A stretch of DNA of 63,298 nucleotides, counting the filler, from Octopus bimaculoides (taxonomy: Eukaryota): NCBI RefSeq assembly GCF_001194135.2. It is 4 parts of 4 records of this genome, joined end to end, with 100 filler letters (N's around TTAATTAATTAA, not from the genome) between each part and the next. Parts side by side here need not be neighbours in the genome. Positions count along the whole stretch, not along the records: positions 1 to 28,833 come from NC_069000.1; 3 more parts are not named here. One strand, 5' to 3'. Positions 1 through 13,312 of the stretch are shown piece by piece (the first letter of the stretch is position 1; every line of letters starts with the position of its first letter). The notes under the pieces are model-generated. The model saw nothing but the letters and a program-made list of their open reading frames with translations. It was not told the origin of the DNA and did not search any database. Position numbers and translations under genes: made by a program.

Positions 1-94
1 ATATATATATATGCATATATATATGCATATATATATGCATATATATATATATATATATATATGCATATATATATATACATACATATGCATATAT

Positions 95-544
95 GGGTAT
101 AGGACATCACCAACAGTAAACAACATGAAATACGAAAATAAATGAGTTCAATATGCAAATAATGAGAGAAACAAATGGAAAACAGGACAAGTAACACAAA
201 GAACGGCCCTTCATCAGTTGTCACCCTCATTCTGTTCTAACGACCCTCCATGTTTGTTTTCATTTGGTTTCCTTGTATGTCTCCACTGTCCTGTTTTTGT
301 TCCCAACTTTGACCCTCCATAAATCCCAAATTTTATTTTGGTACTTATGGGAGCGACTGTCTTCAAAGACTCATATTGTCATTCAGTGCTCGAAATAAGG
401 AGTAGATAGACAGCCGACAACTGATGAAGGGTCATTCTTTATGTTACTTGTCCTGTTTTTCCAGTTGTTTCTCTCAGTGTTTGCGTATTGAACTCATTTG
501 TTTTCGTATTTCATGTTGTTTTCTGTTAGTGACATCCTGTACCC
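95..544. mobile_element. MITE-like element with ~128-bp terminal inverted repeats, inserted in (TA)n/(ATATGC) microsatellite
   Basis: 95-222 (GGGTATAGGACATCACC...CTTCATCAGTTGTC) is the near reverse complement of 416-544 (GACAACTGATGAAGGG...GACATCCTGTACCC); no coding capacity; a related partial copy lies at 28992-29301. Confidence 0.75.
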
Positions 545-552
545 ATATATGC

Positions 553-586
<34 letters not shown>

Positions 587-928
587 TCATTATATATATA
601 TATAGTCAAGGTGCAAGTGTGACCGTGTGCTCAAGAAGATATCTTCTCAATTCATATGGTTTCAGGTTCAGTTCCATTGCATGTCAGTTTAGGCAAATGT
701 CATCTGTTATAGCCCCAGGCTGACTGACCAAAGCTTTGAGTGGCATTTTTAAGTGGATGTGAAATGATGATGATGATGTTTTATATATATACACACACAC
801 ACACACAGACATATATATAGACACACATGCACACATACTCTGTTATTTCTGTCTTGTGATAAAGTCATCAAACGAAAATATATTCAGTTTCTCTCTTTCT
901 TTCTCTCTCTCCATCCCTCTCTCTCTCT

Positions 929-960
<32 letters not shown>

Positions 961-1653
961 TCTAAATATATGTTAATCTCTTAATTCTATTGATTGTATG
1001 TTGGTTGTGTACTTTTATACATTTTTGCATCACATACACTCGTCTCTCTCACACATATACATGCACACGCACACACACATACACGCACGCACACATGCAC
1101 ACACACACACACTTGCTGTGTTTATTTATCTGTATTTTTCAGTTCTTTTTTTTACATTCTAATATAGACAAATCCTTCTCTCTCTCTCTCTGTTATATTT
1201 CTTATTTCTTCTCTCATTTTCTCTCCCTATTGTGTCCTCCAATACTCACCTAGCTGTCTGTTCGTCTGTCTGTCTTTCTGTTCGTCTGTCTGTCTTTCTG
1301 TTTGTCGGTCTATCTTTCTGTTTCATCTGTATACCTGCTGTTTCCTTTCTCAGCCTCCCTAGGTATCATTGTTTATTTGTATGTTTTACTTCTTGGTATC
1401 ATAACCTAATTGGTTATAGAATCTCTGTTTCTATCTCTCTGTCTCTATCTCTCTGTCTCTATTTCTGTCTATCTGTGTGCCTCTCTCTCTCTCTCTCTCT
1501 TTCTCATAAAGCAAAACACACACACACACATACTCAATCACTCAATAAGCTTATTTGTATTAGAATTGTTTTAAACGTGACACCAGCACCCACACCAATG
1601 CCCCTTATGTGGCATCTTGATTTTAGGTTTTCAATATGATTATATCTATTAGA

Positions 1654-2035
1654 GTGGAGGAGCAATGGCCCAGTGGTTAGGGCAGCGGACTCGCGGTCAT
1701 AGGATTGCGGTTTCGATTCCCAGACCGGGCGTTGTGAGTGTTTATTGAGCGAAAACACCTAAAGCTCCACGAGGCTCCGGCAGGGGATTGTGGCGAACCC
1801 TGCTGTACTCTTTCACCACAACTTTCTCTCACTCTTACTTCCTGTTTCTGTTGTGCCTGTAATTCAAAGGGTCAGCCTTGTCACACTGTGTCACGCTGAA
1901 TATCCCCGAGAACTACGTTAAGGGTACATGTGTCTGTGGAGTGCTCAGCCACTTGCATGTTAATTTCACGAGCAGGCTGTTCCGTTGATTCGATCAACTG
2001 GAACCCTCGACGTCGTATGCGACGGAGTGCCAACA
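1654..2035 (+). mobile_element. Full-length tRNA-derived SINE (family C)
   Basis: Pol III A box TGGCCCAGTGG and B box GTTTCGATTCC; perfect 12-bp TSD ATATCTATTAGA (1642-1653 and 2040-2051); near-identical copies at 51803 and 53556. Confidence 0.9.
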
Positions 2036-3064
2036 GCAAATATCTATTAGAATTAAATGCCTTGATCCTTGTCATCATCATCATCATCATCGTCGTTTAA
2101 TGTCTGCTTTCCATGCTAGCATGGATTGGACGATTTGACTGAGGACTGGTGAAACCAGATGGCTACACCAGACTCCGTGTGTGTGTATATGCTGTATTGA
2201 TGTGGTATGTGTGTTGTGTAGCCCCCAGGTTGACTCCGATTAGACAAGCCTATGATCAAAGGTGTGCAGCCAATCATGACCATACTGACTTTTTTTCTCA
2301 GCCAGTTTACCTTGGACTAAATTATTCAAGGCACCTTTATTCATTGCAGTACAGCTTGGTTTGAGGGAGATTTGGTTGCCATTTCCAGTAGATGATGAAC
2401 AATGTAGAGGCTTTCTCATTAGCTTTGTGTGTGTGTGTGCGTGTGTGTGTGTGTGTGTGTGTCTGCATGTTGTGTGTGTGTGAGTGTGTCTGCATGTTGT
2501 GTGTGTGGGAGTTTGTGTGTATCTGTGTGTGTGTTTGTGTCTAAGCTGTACTTAGTGTCACTGTTACCATTATCTTGTATCAATTTATGTCATTTAGATA
2601 AGCTTTATCTTGGAATACACATGCAAACATATACATACATTCATCTGTACAGAATATAACATGGATCCTTTCCAGCACACATCACTTGCAATATGAATTC
2701 GACTTGTAAACCCCCAGTTAATAAGCTGGTATTAATTGAAAAAAAAAAAGAAAAACATGTGGGTGTGTGATAAGAAGCTTGCTTCCCTACCACATAGCAG
2801 TTTGGCAAAAGAGACAGATAGAATAAGTACTAGGCTTACGAAAAATAGATCCTGGGGTTGATTTCTTCAACTAAAACCCTTAAATATGGTGCTCCAGCAT
2901 GGCCACAGTCAAATGACTGAAACAAATGAAAGAATAAAAGAAATGAAAAGAATGCTGGCACTTTCTGTCTATTTTCCTCTCTCTAATTACTTTCAAAGAA
3001 GTTGCATCCATTGTACCTTTTTTCCCCTTCACTGTAGGTTATCAGATACATTAACAGCTTACAA

Positions 3065-3530
3065 GAAAGAAATAATCAAGTTTTTGAATGTTTATTTCTG
3101 CTGGTTTTTGTATTGCTGTCTTGGAACTACTGTTGGACATATTCTTTTTTTCAGTTCTCCATGCACAAGCATCTTTGGCAGTCGATATACTGAAATTCTT
3201 TGAACTTGGCCAACTCATTGTGGCCGTAATCTTAACATCTCAGTTCCAATGATGTTGTGTCTGATCTGATCAAGAATTTCCTTGTTCATAACATCACGTT
3301 GCCACTGTATACTGTATACATAAGATATTTTGCAGCTTTGTCTGTTGGAAGTGTTCCAACCATTTTTATGTCATTTTGATAAGTATTTCAATTTCACATC
3401 CATACAAGAGAATTGTGAGAACAACCACTTTGTAAAGTATCGGTTTAGTTCATGTCTTGATTCTGTTGCAAGAGATGACTTTTTTGCAGTTTCTCAAAAT
3501 CTCTACGTGCAAGAGGTGGGTGCATAATTT
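3065..3530 (-). pseudogene. Degenerate RTE-clade LINE ORF2 fragment (post-RT region)
   Basis: Minus-strand translation across stops/frameshifts gives KVVVLTILLYGCE, LEHFQQ, QW..V.NKEILD, YRLPKMLVHGEL, all typical RTE ORF2 C-terminal motifs. Confidence 0.7.
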
Positions 3531-3705
3531 GAAATTCCAACACTTTGGGCAGGTGTCTTCTACTATAGCCTTGGGCCAACCAAAGTCTTGTGAGTGGATT
3601 TGGTAGATGGAAACTGAAAGAAGTCCATGATATATATATATCAAGACAGGNNNNNNNNNNACCCATGCTAGCATGGAAAGCGGACGTTAAACGATGATGA
3701 TATAT

Positions 3706-4094
3706 GTATCATCATCATCATCATCATTTAACATATGCTTCCATGCTGGCATGGGTTTCATGGTTTGACATTGAACTGGCCAGCTGGGAGCTGTCCAGAC
3801 TACAACTGTTTGTTGTGGCATGGTTTATACAGCTGGATGCCCTTCCTAATGCCAACTGCTTAACAGTGTGTGCTGGGTGCTTTTTATGTACCATCAGCAT
3901 AGGTGCATTTGCAAGTGCTTTTTATGTGACACCGGCACCTGAAAGGACAAGCCTGTATGCGTTGAAGACAGTGACTTTTACTTAGCTTGACATGTCTTAT
4001 CAAATACAGCAAATCGCCTTATCTCCCGGCCCCTTGTCATTTCCTCAGTGAGGCCCAACGTCCAAAGATCCTTTCTTACCACTTTGCTCCATGT
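3706..4094 (-). mobile_element. RTE LINE 3' end: ORF2 C-terminus, 3' UTR and (GAT)n tail
   Basis: 4094-3978 translates TWSKVVRKDLWTLGLTEEMTRGREIRRFAVFDKTCQAK*; UTR ends ...CCAGCATGGAAGCATATGTTAAATGATGATG; related tails at 2073, 3661, 16350, 17250 and 23985. Confidence 0.75.
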
Positions 4095-4134
4095 CAGGCA
4101 ACGAGTCAGGCGACACTAGCATCGGCCATGTCTA

Positions 4135-4350
4135 TGCGTGTGTGTATCTTTGTCCTCCTATCACCGCTTGACTACCTGCATTGGTGTGTTTACATCCCTG
4201 TAACTTAACGGTTCATCAGAAGCGACTGATAGAATAAGTACTAGGCTTGAAAATAAGTCCTGGGATCGATTAGTTTGACTGAAACCCTCCAAGGGGGTGC
4301 TCCAGTATGGTTGTAGTCAAATGACTGAAACAAGTAAAAGAAGAAAAGAA
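4135..4350 (+). mobile_element. SINE family B, 3' half
   Basis: Matches the recurrent body GGTGTGTTTAC..GATAGAATAAGTACTAGGCTT..GTGCTCCAG..GTCAAATGACTGAAACAAGTAAAAG. Confidence 0.75.
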
Positions 4351-5019
4351 TATAACATTCACAACAGCTGAAGCTGCATGTCATTTCCGCAATCCAGCTT
4401 TAAATAAGATGGGTTGCGAAACGTGGTGTTAACAACTGTAACAAACAAACAAACAAACAAACAAACAGAAACAAATGAATAAACAAAATTTAAAAGATAA
4501 AAAATAAAAAAATTAATCCAAACATCACGAGTTCAATCTGATATTGTTACTCTATTAATAGATAGCTGTCACTTGGCACCTTGCTCTTCTATCAGTCACC
4601 TCCTGAAACTTCCTTGAAAGTTAATCTATCTATATAGCTATCTATTAAGTGAGACCCTGACGCCACCCCTGCCGCCACCTCCTCCTCCTCTCCTTCCCCT
4701 AATTTTCCCTTCCTTCCCCCTCATCCTCCCCCATCTCAGTATATATCTATCTTTCTCTATATCTTTTTTTTTATTTTATTTTTTGTTTTTGTTTTACATC
4801 AGATAAGTTCTTTTGGTAATGGGAAATCTGTCAAATTGACACAAATCGGTGACTGATTAGAGAAAGACATGAAAGTAAATGCATTTGTTTTTGATTTTGT
4901 AACAGCCATTGTTTCACAACTGCAATGTTTAAGTTGTTGGTTGTTAAAACCCCATGTCAGCCCTGGTCAAACCAATGAAGTCGTTCTTTTTTTTTTCTAA
5001 TATACTTAACTGTACCAAG

Positions 5020-5250
5020 GATCTTATACAGGGCCTTAGAGTCAACCTAGCAAAAACCAAAGTCTTAATAAGTAGGAAGACAGAAAAACCACAAATCCTT
5101 TCAGGTAGATGGCCCTGCTTGATCTGTAGAAAAGGCATGAGTAGAAACTCCATAAGATGTACCCAGTGTAAGCTATGGACACAAAAGAGGGGCAGCAATA
5201 TCAAAGGAAGGCTAACTGGGAAGATAGCTTTTGTGTGTGGCAAATGCTAT
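5020..5250 (+). pseudogene. RTE-like LINE ORF2 fragment (end of RT domain plus Cys-rich PHD-like motif)
   Basis: GLRVNLAKTKVL...GRWPCLICRKG..RNSIRCTQCKLW..KR.SNIKGRL..K..FVCGKC; no start or flanking exon signals. Confidence 0.7.
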
Positions 5251-6095
5251 TTCACTATATTGTATTTACTTTAGCTTCAGAAATTATTTGTTTTGTCATA
5301 TTAATATTAAACCTTGTTTATAATATCCCAAGCGATCATATTCTCTGCCAGTTCCAAGTTCCACCCCATCTAGCCTCTCTTTATATGCAAACGATGTGCT
5401 TTGATTTCACTGCTTGCTGAAATTTTTACCTCTCGTCTTTTGCCATTCATGTATTATTTTTCTCGGTTGGATGTTGGCCAAAATGCCTTGCAGTAAGCTC
5501 TGTTGCCATTTCCTTGGCAAATTGCGTATGCATGTCTTCTCTGTGACTCTATTGTGTTTGTAGTAATGGTGATGTAAAAATTGTAAAACTATCAATAGAA
5601 TGTGCTTATGAATTGAAACAAATATTGTACTGTAAGTTAAAACAGTTTTATTAACTAGTTCTGTTTTACTTCTATTCAACCGAAAATAGATTGTTTGTTT
5701 CTAGTAATTTAATATTTCACTATGACTTAAAGTATTATGAAAGTGTCTAACCTCAACAGTTGTTGGCTTTAAGCTAATGAAGTGTAGTGAGATTAGTATA
5801 ATACCAATTGTTAGTTTGCTTACATTTATAGTCAAACATTGTCACTCAGAGGTGTATCCAGGTTCTAAAGCTAGGGGACATTGTGTTTATAATATTTTCT
5901 GGGAGACAGTCTCTTTTGGCTTGATTTCTACAGCTGGATGCCCTTCTTAACACCAGCTACTTAACAGAGTATATTGGGTGCATTTTTGACAGGCACCAGC
6001 ACCGATGCTTTTTATGTGGCACCCTAATTTTAGGATCTCAATTCGGCTGTGATGGGTGGGTCTTCTTGAGTACAGCAATGTTCCACATATCTTAA

Positions 6096-6315
6096 CCCTT
6101 TAGTGTTCAGATTAATTTGTCAAAAGTAATCCTTATTTATTCACATTTAAAAAAAATTATCTGATATTATTTTGTAGCTTCAAGAGTTGAAAGATGTAAT
6201 TGCTTATTTTTAGAATGACATTGCAAGGTAGGTGTGAGAGGCTGGTTCTGGCCAGTTTGAGCATAAAATATGTAGAATATTTGGGCCGGATACAGCCGGT
6301 TTAAACACTAAAGGG
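6096..6315. mobile_element. piggyBac-type non-autonomous MITE
   Basis: TTAA target duplications (6092-6095, 6316-6319) and perfect 12-bp TIRs CCCTTTAGTGTT/AACACTAAAGGG. Confidence 0.85.
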
Positions 6316-6799
6316 TTAATCCTCTGTCATCTCCTTCAAGGACTGATGTTCATATAAAAACAAAATATCACACATACTTACCAACTGAGCCAAAGCACAT
6401 GATCAATGCAAGATCCTTAACACTTTCCCATTTGACAAATCCTGCAATATAGCAGCTAAATTTTGTGAAATAGAAGTCACCCGTAGAACCCAGACTAGTA
6501 GAAATATATAAACAATACATTGGCATGACAGAAAGATCTCATGATTGTCATTGTCATGTATGATATGCTTGTAGTACATTGATGATACTCCTGCGCCTAT
6601 AACTGGTTCATCAAGTTTTTGGTTTATAAATTTCATGTTCCAACTATGTCTTATTTGGACATGGTATGTCAGGGACATCATCCAATATATACTAGAAATA
6701 GCAGCCAAATATTTTTCGAATCACACCTTTCCATCTTAAATGATAGAAGAATATGTTGGATGATGTCCCTGAAATACCATTGCCCATCGTATATGTGTG

Positions 6800-7015
6800 T
6801 GTGTGTGTGTGTGTGTGTTTTTGCCTCCCCCACCCCAAACCACTTAACAACCAATGCTGGTGTGTTTATGTCCCTGTAACTTAGCAGTTTGGTAAAAGAG
6901 ACCGATAGAATAAGTACCAGGCTTAAAAAAAAAAATTAGCACTGGGGTCGATTCATTTGACTAAAAAGGTGGTGCCCCAGCATGGCCGCAGTCTAATGAC
7001 TGAAACAAAAAATAC
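6800..7015 (+). mobile_element. SINE family B, 3' half
   Basis: (GT)n followed by the conserved family-B body and the A-rich tail. Confidence 0.75.
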
Positions 7016-7646
7016 AAGAATTCTTTTTCCTCCTCTTCTTCTCATTTTTCTTTTGTTTTCTTTTTCAGTCATTTTTCTTCATCTTCTTCAGTCGTTTTTC
7101 TTCTTTGTTGTCTCCATCCACAAACTAGTTAGAATGTAGCTTGTCTTGTTCATCAAAAAAATCCCAATGTCTTTCTCCATTTTCCCATCCACAGTGATAA
7201 GATGGTAACATAAAAGTGCCTGCTGTACCAAAGACAGAATATGAACTTCTGACCTCTCATTTAGTTTAGGATAAGCTTGGTCAGGCTGCAACTTCTCCTG
7301 ATCTTCCTTTTTCAGACAAAATATAAGAAAAATAATGAAAGAAAAAGCAAGAAAAAAAGGGGAAGAAAAGGCAGATGATGAACACTCAAGAAAGGTCGGC
7401 TTGTAAAAATCAGACACCAATACACCAGAAGTTACAACAATGGAGAACTGTTTGCTGTAGAATTATTATACATGGAGATAAGAAGAAATAATTGATTTAT
7501 TTTATTTAGTTTTTGGTTGCTCTCTCTTTCTCTTTTGTCCGGAGAAATACAGATTTGATTGGTTTTGGCATAATTATTGCTAAGAGCTTTCTTCAGATCT
7601 TTAGATTTGTAGCCAAATACATACATATAAATATACAATATACATG

Positions 7647-7690
<44 letters not shown>

Positions 7691-8017
7691 ATATGTATGT
7701 ATTTATATGTATATATATATGTATATATATATATGTGTGTATATGTATGTATAAATATATGTATATGTGTATGTATGAATATATGTATATATATATGTGT
7801 ATAAATGTATGGATATATTTGTGTATATATATATGTGTATAAATGTATGGATATATGTGTATATATATATGTGTATAAATATATGTATGTATATATGTTT
7901 GTATAAATATATGTATATAGATATATATGTATAAATATATGTATGTATATATATATTTATATATATATATCTATGTATGTATGTATGTGTATGTATTTAT
8001 TTATTTATGTATGTATG

Positions 8018-8049
<32 letters not shown>

Positions 8050-8234
8050 TATGTATGTATTTATATATATATGTATGTATATGTCTGTGTGTATATATAT
8101 ATGTATGTATAAATATATGTATGTATGTGTATATATGTGTGTGTATAAATATGTGTGTGTGAATATATATATATATATGTACAAATATGTGGGTTTATAT
8201 ATATGTATATGCAAATATGTGTGTATATATGTGC

Positions 8235-8314
<80 letters not shown>

Positions 8315-9003
8315 ATGTAGTTATCTTGTGGAGATCTGAGTACAGTAGATTCTTTTCAGATAAACAAGTAAAATATTTCTGTAGAATCCAGTTTTGTTCA
8401 TGTAATGTGTGTGTGTATGTGGTGTGTGCATGTTAGTGTGCGTGCATACGCAAGTGTGTGTGTGTGTGTGAGTGCGCTAGTGTGTGAGTGCACATGCATG
8501 AGTGTGTGTGTTTTATGATTATAGCATCATGTGTTGAGAGCTCTTCCATCATCGCTTGTTCTACTTCTTACTGTGAACCTTGCGCTCAAAGTGTTTTATT
8601 GTATTCCTGAAAGGTATGTCTTTTTCTACAAATAAATCTGTTTATGTGTCTGTGCTTCTGCGAAGTGCATGTGTACTTACATGTGCACATATGTATTTAT
8701 GACTGTATTTATATTTATATATAAGCATGTATGTTTATGCTTATATATATATGTGTATGTGTCTATCTATATATATGTATGTATGTATATGCCTATATAT
8801 ATATATATATATCTGTATCTATACATGTATGTATATGTCTATATACATCTATAGGCATATATATATATATGCCTATATGTATATCTATACATGTATGTAT
8901 ATGCTTATGTATGTATGTGTGTATATGTATATATGAATGTATGTAACTATGTATGTATGTGTGTATATGTATATATGAATGTATGTAACTATGTATGTAA
9001 ATC

Positions 9004-9043
<40 letters not shown>

Positions 9044-9060
9044 GGTAGGTAAGTAGGTAG
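7647..9060. repeat. Compound (GT)n/(AT)n/(ATGT)n microsatellite field
   Basis: Directly visible low-complexity dinucleotide/tetranucleotide arrays; source of the many YIYI/CVCV pseudo-ORFs. Confidence 0.95.
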
Positions 9061-9320
9061 GTAGGTTTTTCTTTGAGATTTACACATGTTGTTCTTCACA
9101 AACTTCATAATGGTCATTAACGCAGAGACAATACTTCTATGTTTTAAGTCAAGACAGCCGCCAGGAATTTGTGAGTATGTGAGTTAGTTAATATGCACAT
9201 CTATGAACATGTGTGTATATACTTGCATTCCTGTAATGAATGCACATGCTTCTTTATTACTTGACCATGCGTGTGACTAAATTTTGTGTCTGAGTGTATG
9301 TCATATGCACATACTTGATA

Positions 9321-9370
<50 letters not shown>

Positions 9371-10360
9371 GTGAGTTGGCAGAATCATTAGCACACTGGA
9401 CAAAACACTTTGCAGTTTTTGTCCATCCTTTGAGTGCTGTAATTGACATAGCTACTTCTTAGCAAGAGTATAGATACTGCATCCCTCTACCAAGCCATGT
9501 TGAGTCAGTGTGGAAGAGTAGTAGGCTCAGCAAACCAGTGCCATTGCAAGCTCAAATCCATGACCTGCACATTAGACTAGTTGGTGGAGAGAACATGCTG
9601 AAACCTTCATCCTGCAGTGAACTGAACATGGGCAACCCACACATGCATGCACGGCACACATATGGGTGCAGCAGACTTTCACACAGTTTCCATCTACCAA
9701 ATTCACTCATAAGGCATTGACTGGCTTGAGGTTATAGCAGAAGACACTTGCTCGATGTGCCACTCAGTGGGACTGAACTCAAAGCTACATGGCTGCAAAA
9801 TGAAAATTGAGTTTTTTTTAACCATGCATTGATGCCTGCATCCATAAATATTGAATTTCTCACTGTGTAGGGCAGCTGACCTTCGTGACTGTACATAATT
9901 TTTCCTTTCTCTCTCAAACAACTCTATCAGATCTGTTATGTTTGCACTTGCTGGAAAGTGCATTGAGAATGTTCTATCAATATTCTTTGTGTTGTGTGTT
10001 GATAGATATAATATTCAATAAGAGGCACAGCTTTTTCTATGGACAACACTGTGTATTGTTTTAGTTACAATGATATGCTCCAGTGGCAGAGAATACCTTG
10101 ATAACATCTTTGGATAGCACTGATGAAATGTGTAATATCTTCTGTGTAATATCAGTAATGTGACGTAATCGATTTTCTTTAGTCAGATCTTTGAGGTTGA
10201 AGGGTTTTACCGTCTCATTTGTTCATTACTTATTTTGTAGCTATCCCTCTGCTCCTGGATTGCAAATGTATAACCTTCAAAATGTTAAACTAATACCATT
10301 TTCATGTATTTTGTCATTTTTGTTGTTATTTTAGATATAATTTTTACTAACTATTCATCA

Positions 10361-10425
<65 letters not shown>

Positions 10426-11034
10426 NNNNNNNNNNNNNNNNNNNNNNNNNNNNNNNNNNNNNNNNNNNNNNNNNNNNNNNNNNNNNNNNNNNNNNNNNNN
10501 NNNNNNNNNNNNNNNNNNNNNNNNNNNNNNNNNNNNNNNNNNNNNNNNNNNNNNNNNNNNNNNNNNNNNNNNNNNNNNNNNNNNNNNNNNNNNNNNNNNN
10601 NNNNNNNNNNNNNNNNNNNNNNNNNNNNNNNNNNNNNNNNNNNNNNNNNNNNNNNNNNNNNNNNNNNNNNNNNNNNNNNNNNNNNNNNNNNNNNNNNNNN
10701 NNNNNNNNNNNNNNNNNNNNNNNNNNNNNNNNNNNNNNNNNNNNNNNNNNNNNNNNNNNNNNNNNNNNNNNNNNATATACAGATATATATTCATTCATTT
10801 GTTTTTATGGCCATTTTTTGATATTGGCAAGGATACTTATTTGAGGTAGTGTAATGTATTGGTGGGATGCCTCTCCTGTTTCTAACCCTTATCTTTTTTC
10901 AAGTAAGATATCTTTATTCTATAAATCCTCAAAAGCTCTGAGCTACAGGACATAGTGTTCACAGGAAACTTAAACACTATGTCACCATTTTTGACTTGGT
11001 TAGTTTCATATGAAGACATAAAATGCTAACATTC

Positions 11035-11070
<36 letters not shown>

Positions 11071-11265
11071 GGCTTCCATACAATTTTCATTTACCAATTT
11101 TACTTGTAAGTGTTGGCCCAGAGCAATAGCAGAAGATGTCTGTTCAAGGTAGCGTGTGCACACATGCATACATACACACGCATACATACTCACACATGGA
11201 TAAGAATCTAAAAATTGGTTGCTTATGAAGCAAGCTCTGTATCTACACAACCATGCTTACCCCTA

Positions 11266-11304
<39 letters not shown>

Positions 11305-12968
11305 TTTATGCTTCTGCAGCACTTTCTTTACAATTACTGTTCTCACGCATACTCCCCATCCCCCTTCGCCACGGTAACAGCAATCTATCCATGTTAAGAA
11401 GCAATGAACTGCACAGTCTGTTTCACTCTGCAGGTGTTCAATATCATGCCAATGGGAACCACCATTTCGTATGTTAGCACTCAATCTATAGAATAATTAA
11501 CTTTCGATGTTTGTGTGTATATAGCAGTAAGAAAATTGAAGAAATGGTGTTCTTCAACGCAATATTTGTTCTACATTGTGTTACATACACTCCCTTGTTA
11601 ACCACCTTATCAGAAAAGCAGCAAGTTGGTAATAGGTTTTTCAGAAATGTGCAACCAGAGGCAGTATTATTCACCAATTTGACAACCTCTTTTTTAAGAA
11701 CACTATAAAGGACTATAAAAGTTGGTAGGCAGTAATTATGGTTTCCACTTTTGGCACCAGTCATTTCGGAAGAAGGGTAAGTTGATTACATCAACCCAGG
11801 GAGGGATCAAGACCCATAGAGGCTCTAAGTACTGAAAAGATTTTGGTGCTCCTATGTATATGCAATGCAAAATATAAATAATAATGTGTCATAAAATAAA
11901 CTTTTACCACTCAAAATTAAACAAAACTAACAGTAAGATGGAAAATAATGTTTATTTTTGTATGCTTCTACTTTATTTATATATGAAAAATACTTGATGA
12001 GATCTTCACTCTGACATCATGAACACTTTGAAATTATATTTCTAATCATATAAACCACTTTGAATATTATTTTAGCAAGTTTAAGTGATTTCTTTTTTAC
12101 CGTCAACCATTTACCATTTCTGTGGTGCTGACCTTTACTTTGATACCCTAAGCATGTACTTATTTTGCTTAATGGTTAATCCAGCGCTGCATTCCCCCCC
12201 CGCTCAACTGGTACTTATTTTATTGACCCAAGGACGAAAGGCAAAGTTGACCTTGGCAGAATTTGAGCTCTGAATGTTCAGACAGATAAAATACCACTAA
12301 GCATTTTGCTCAGCATGGTAACAATTTTGCCAGCTCATTGCCTTTGTGTAGAAGTAATAATGATAATAATATTGTTGATGAAGAGTACAATGATGCATAT
12401 AATGATGATGATGATAAACTTATGTCTCTTTTCTTTCTTTGCAGATCTTGTTCTTCTTATGAAATGAAACTTACCCAATTAGATGGCTCTACACTGGAGA
12501 AAAACACTATTTTCTGCAGACATGGAATACCAATGCCTTAAGTATTCACTGGATGAATCTTACTTTTAATATAATATATATTAATATATATATATATATA
12601 AATATATGTATATATATTAATATATATAAATATATATATTAATATATTGGTATATATATTAATATATTGATATATATATATTGTGTATATTATTTAGATA
12701 TTATATATTATATTATATTAATATACATATATATATTTTCTTAATATTCTATATTTCAACCTTTTGTTAACTGAAATGGATGGCTTATGTATCAGTTAAC
12801 TAACTGATTATCAAAGATTTTAGAGAAATTATTAAAATTTAAATAAATATTTTTTGTTATTTAAATCTAATTTCATACTGTTTAGAAAAAAAAAAGGAAG
12901 AAAAGGAAAACAGAAATTGTTATCAATGTTATTTATCACAATTTATTATATCTATTAATATTGCCAAT

Positions 12969-13011
<43 letters not shown>

Positions 13012-13044
13012 AAGTTGAGTGTGATAATTAAAAGAACCCTGAAA

Positions 13045-13312
13045 ATGGAGCATTTTGACTTAGTAGCCGAAATTGCTGTTGTGGAGAAAATGTCTCCTGT
13101 TGAAAGACTGGTCCATGCTAGAAAGAGACGGGCTTACCAGTTAAAACAATATCGACGCTATGAGAAGAAAATGGATAAAGAATTTGCCAAGAAAAGGAAA
13201 CCAAATAGCTACAGTAGTTCTAAGAAATTGGCAAAACCTTTCAAGAGAGGTGTGGATTTTGCTGATAATATTAAATTATTGGAGGCTGCAGCTCGTAATG
13301 ATATTGAAGAAG
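13045..13312 (+). CDS. PPP1R16A: Protein phosphatase 1 regulatory subunit 16 (MYPT3/TIMAP family), first coding exon
   Basis: MEHFDLVAEIAVVEKMSPVERLVHARKRRAYQLK...KRGVDFADNIKLLEAAARNDIEE closely parallels vertebrate PPP1R16A (MAEHLELLAEMP..ERLKHAQKRRAQQ..LLEAAARNDLEEV); RVxF-type PP1 motif RGVDF at 13246-13260; phase-1 donor G|GTAAAT at 13312/13313. A versus B paralogue assignment is not meaningful for an invertebrate. Confidence 0.93.

Noticed and set aside
1661-1725. tRNA gene
   Set aside because: It is the tRNA-like head of SINE family C: no acceptor stem, continues into a 300-bp shared body, and has TSDs.
7316-7406. Possible exon after TCTTCCTTTTTCAG (QNIRKIMKEKARKKGEEKADDEHSRK)
   Set aside because: Weak donor (GTCGGC), low-complexity purine tract, no homology recognised.
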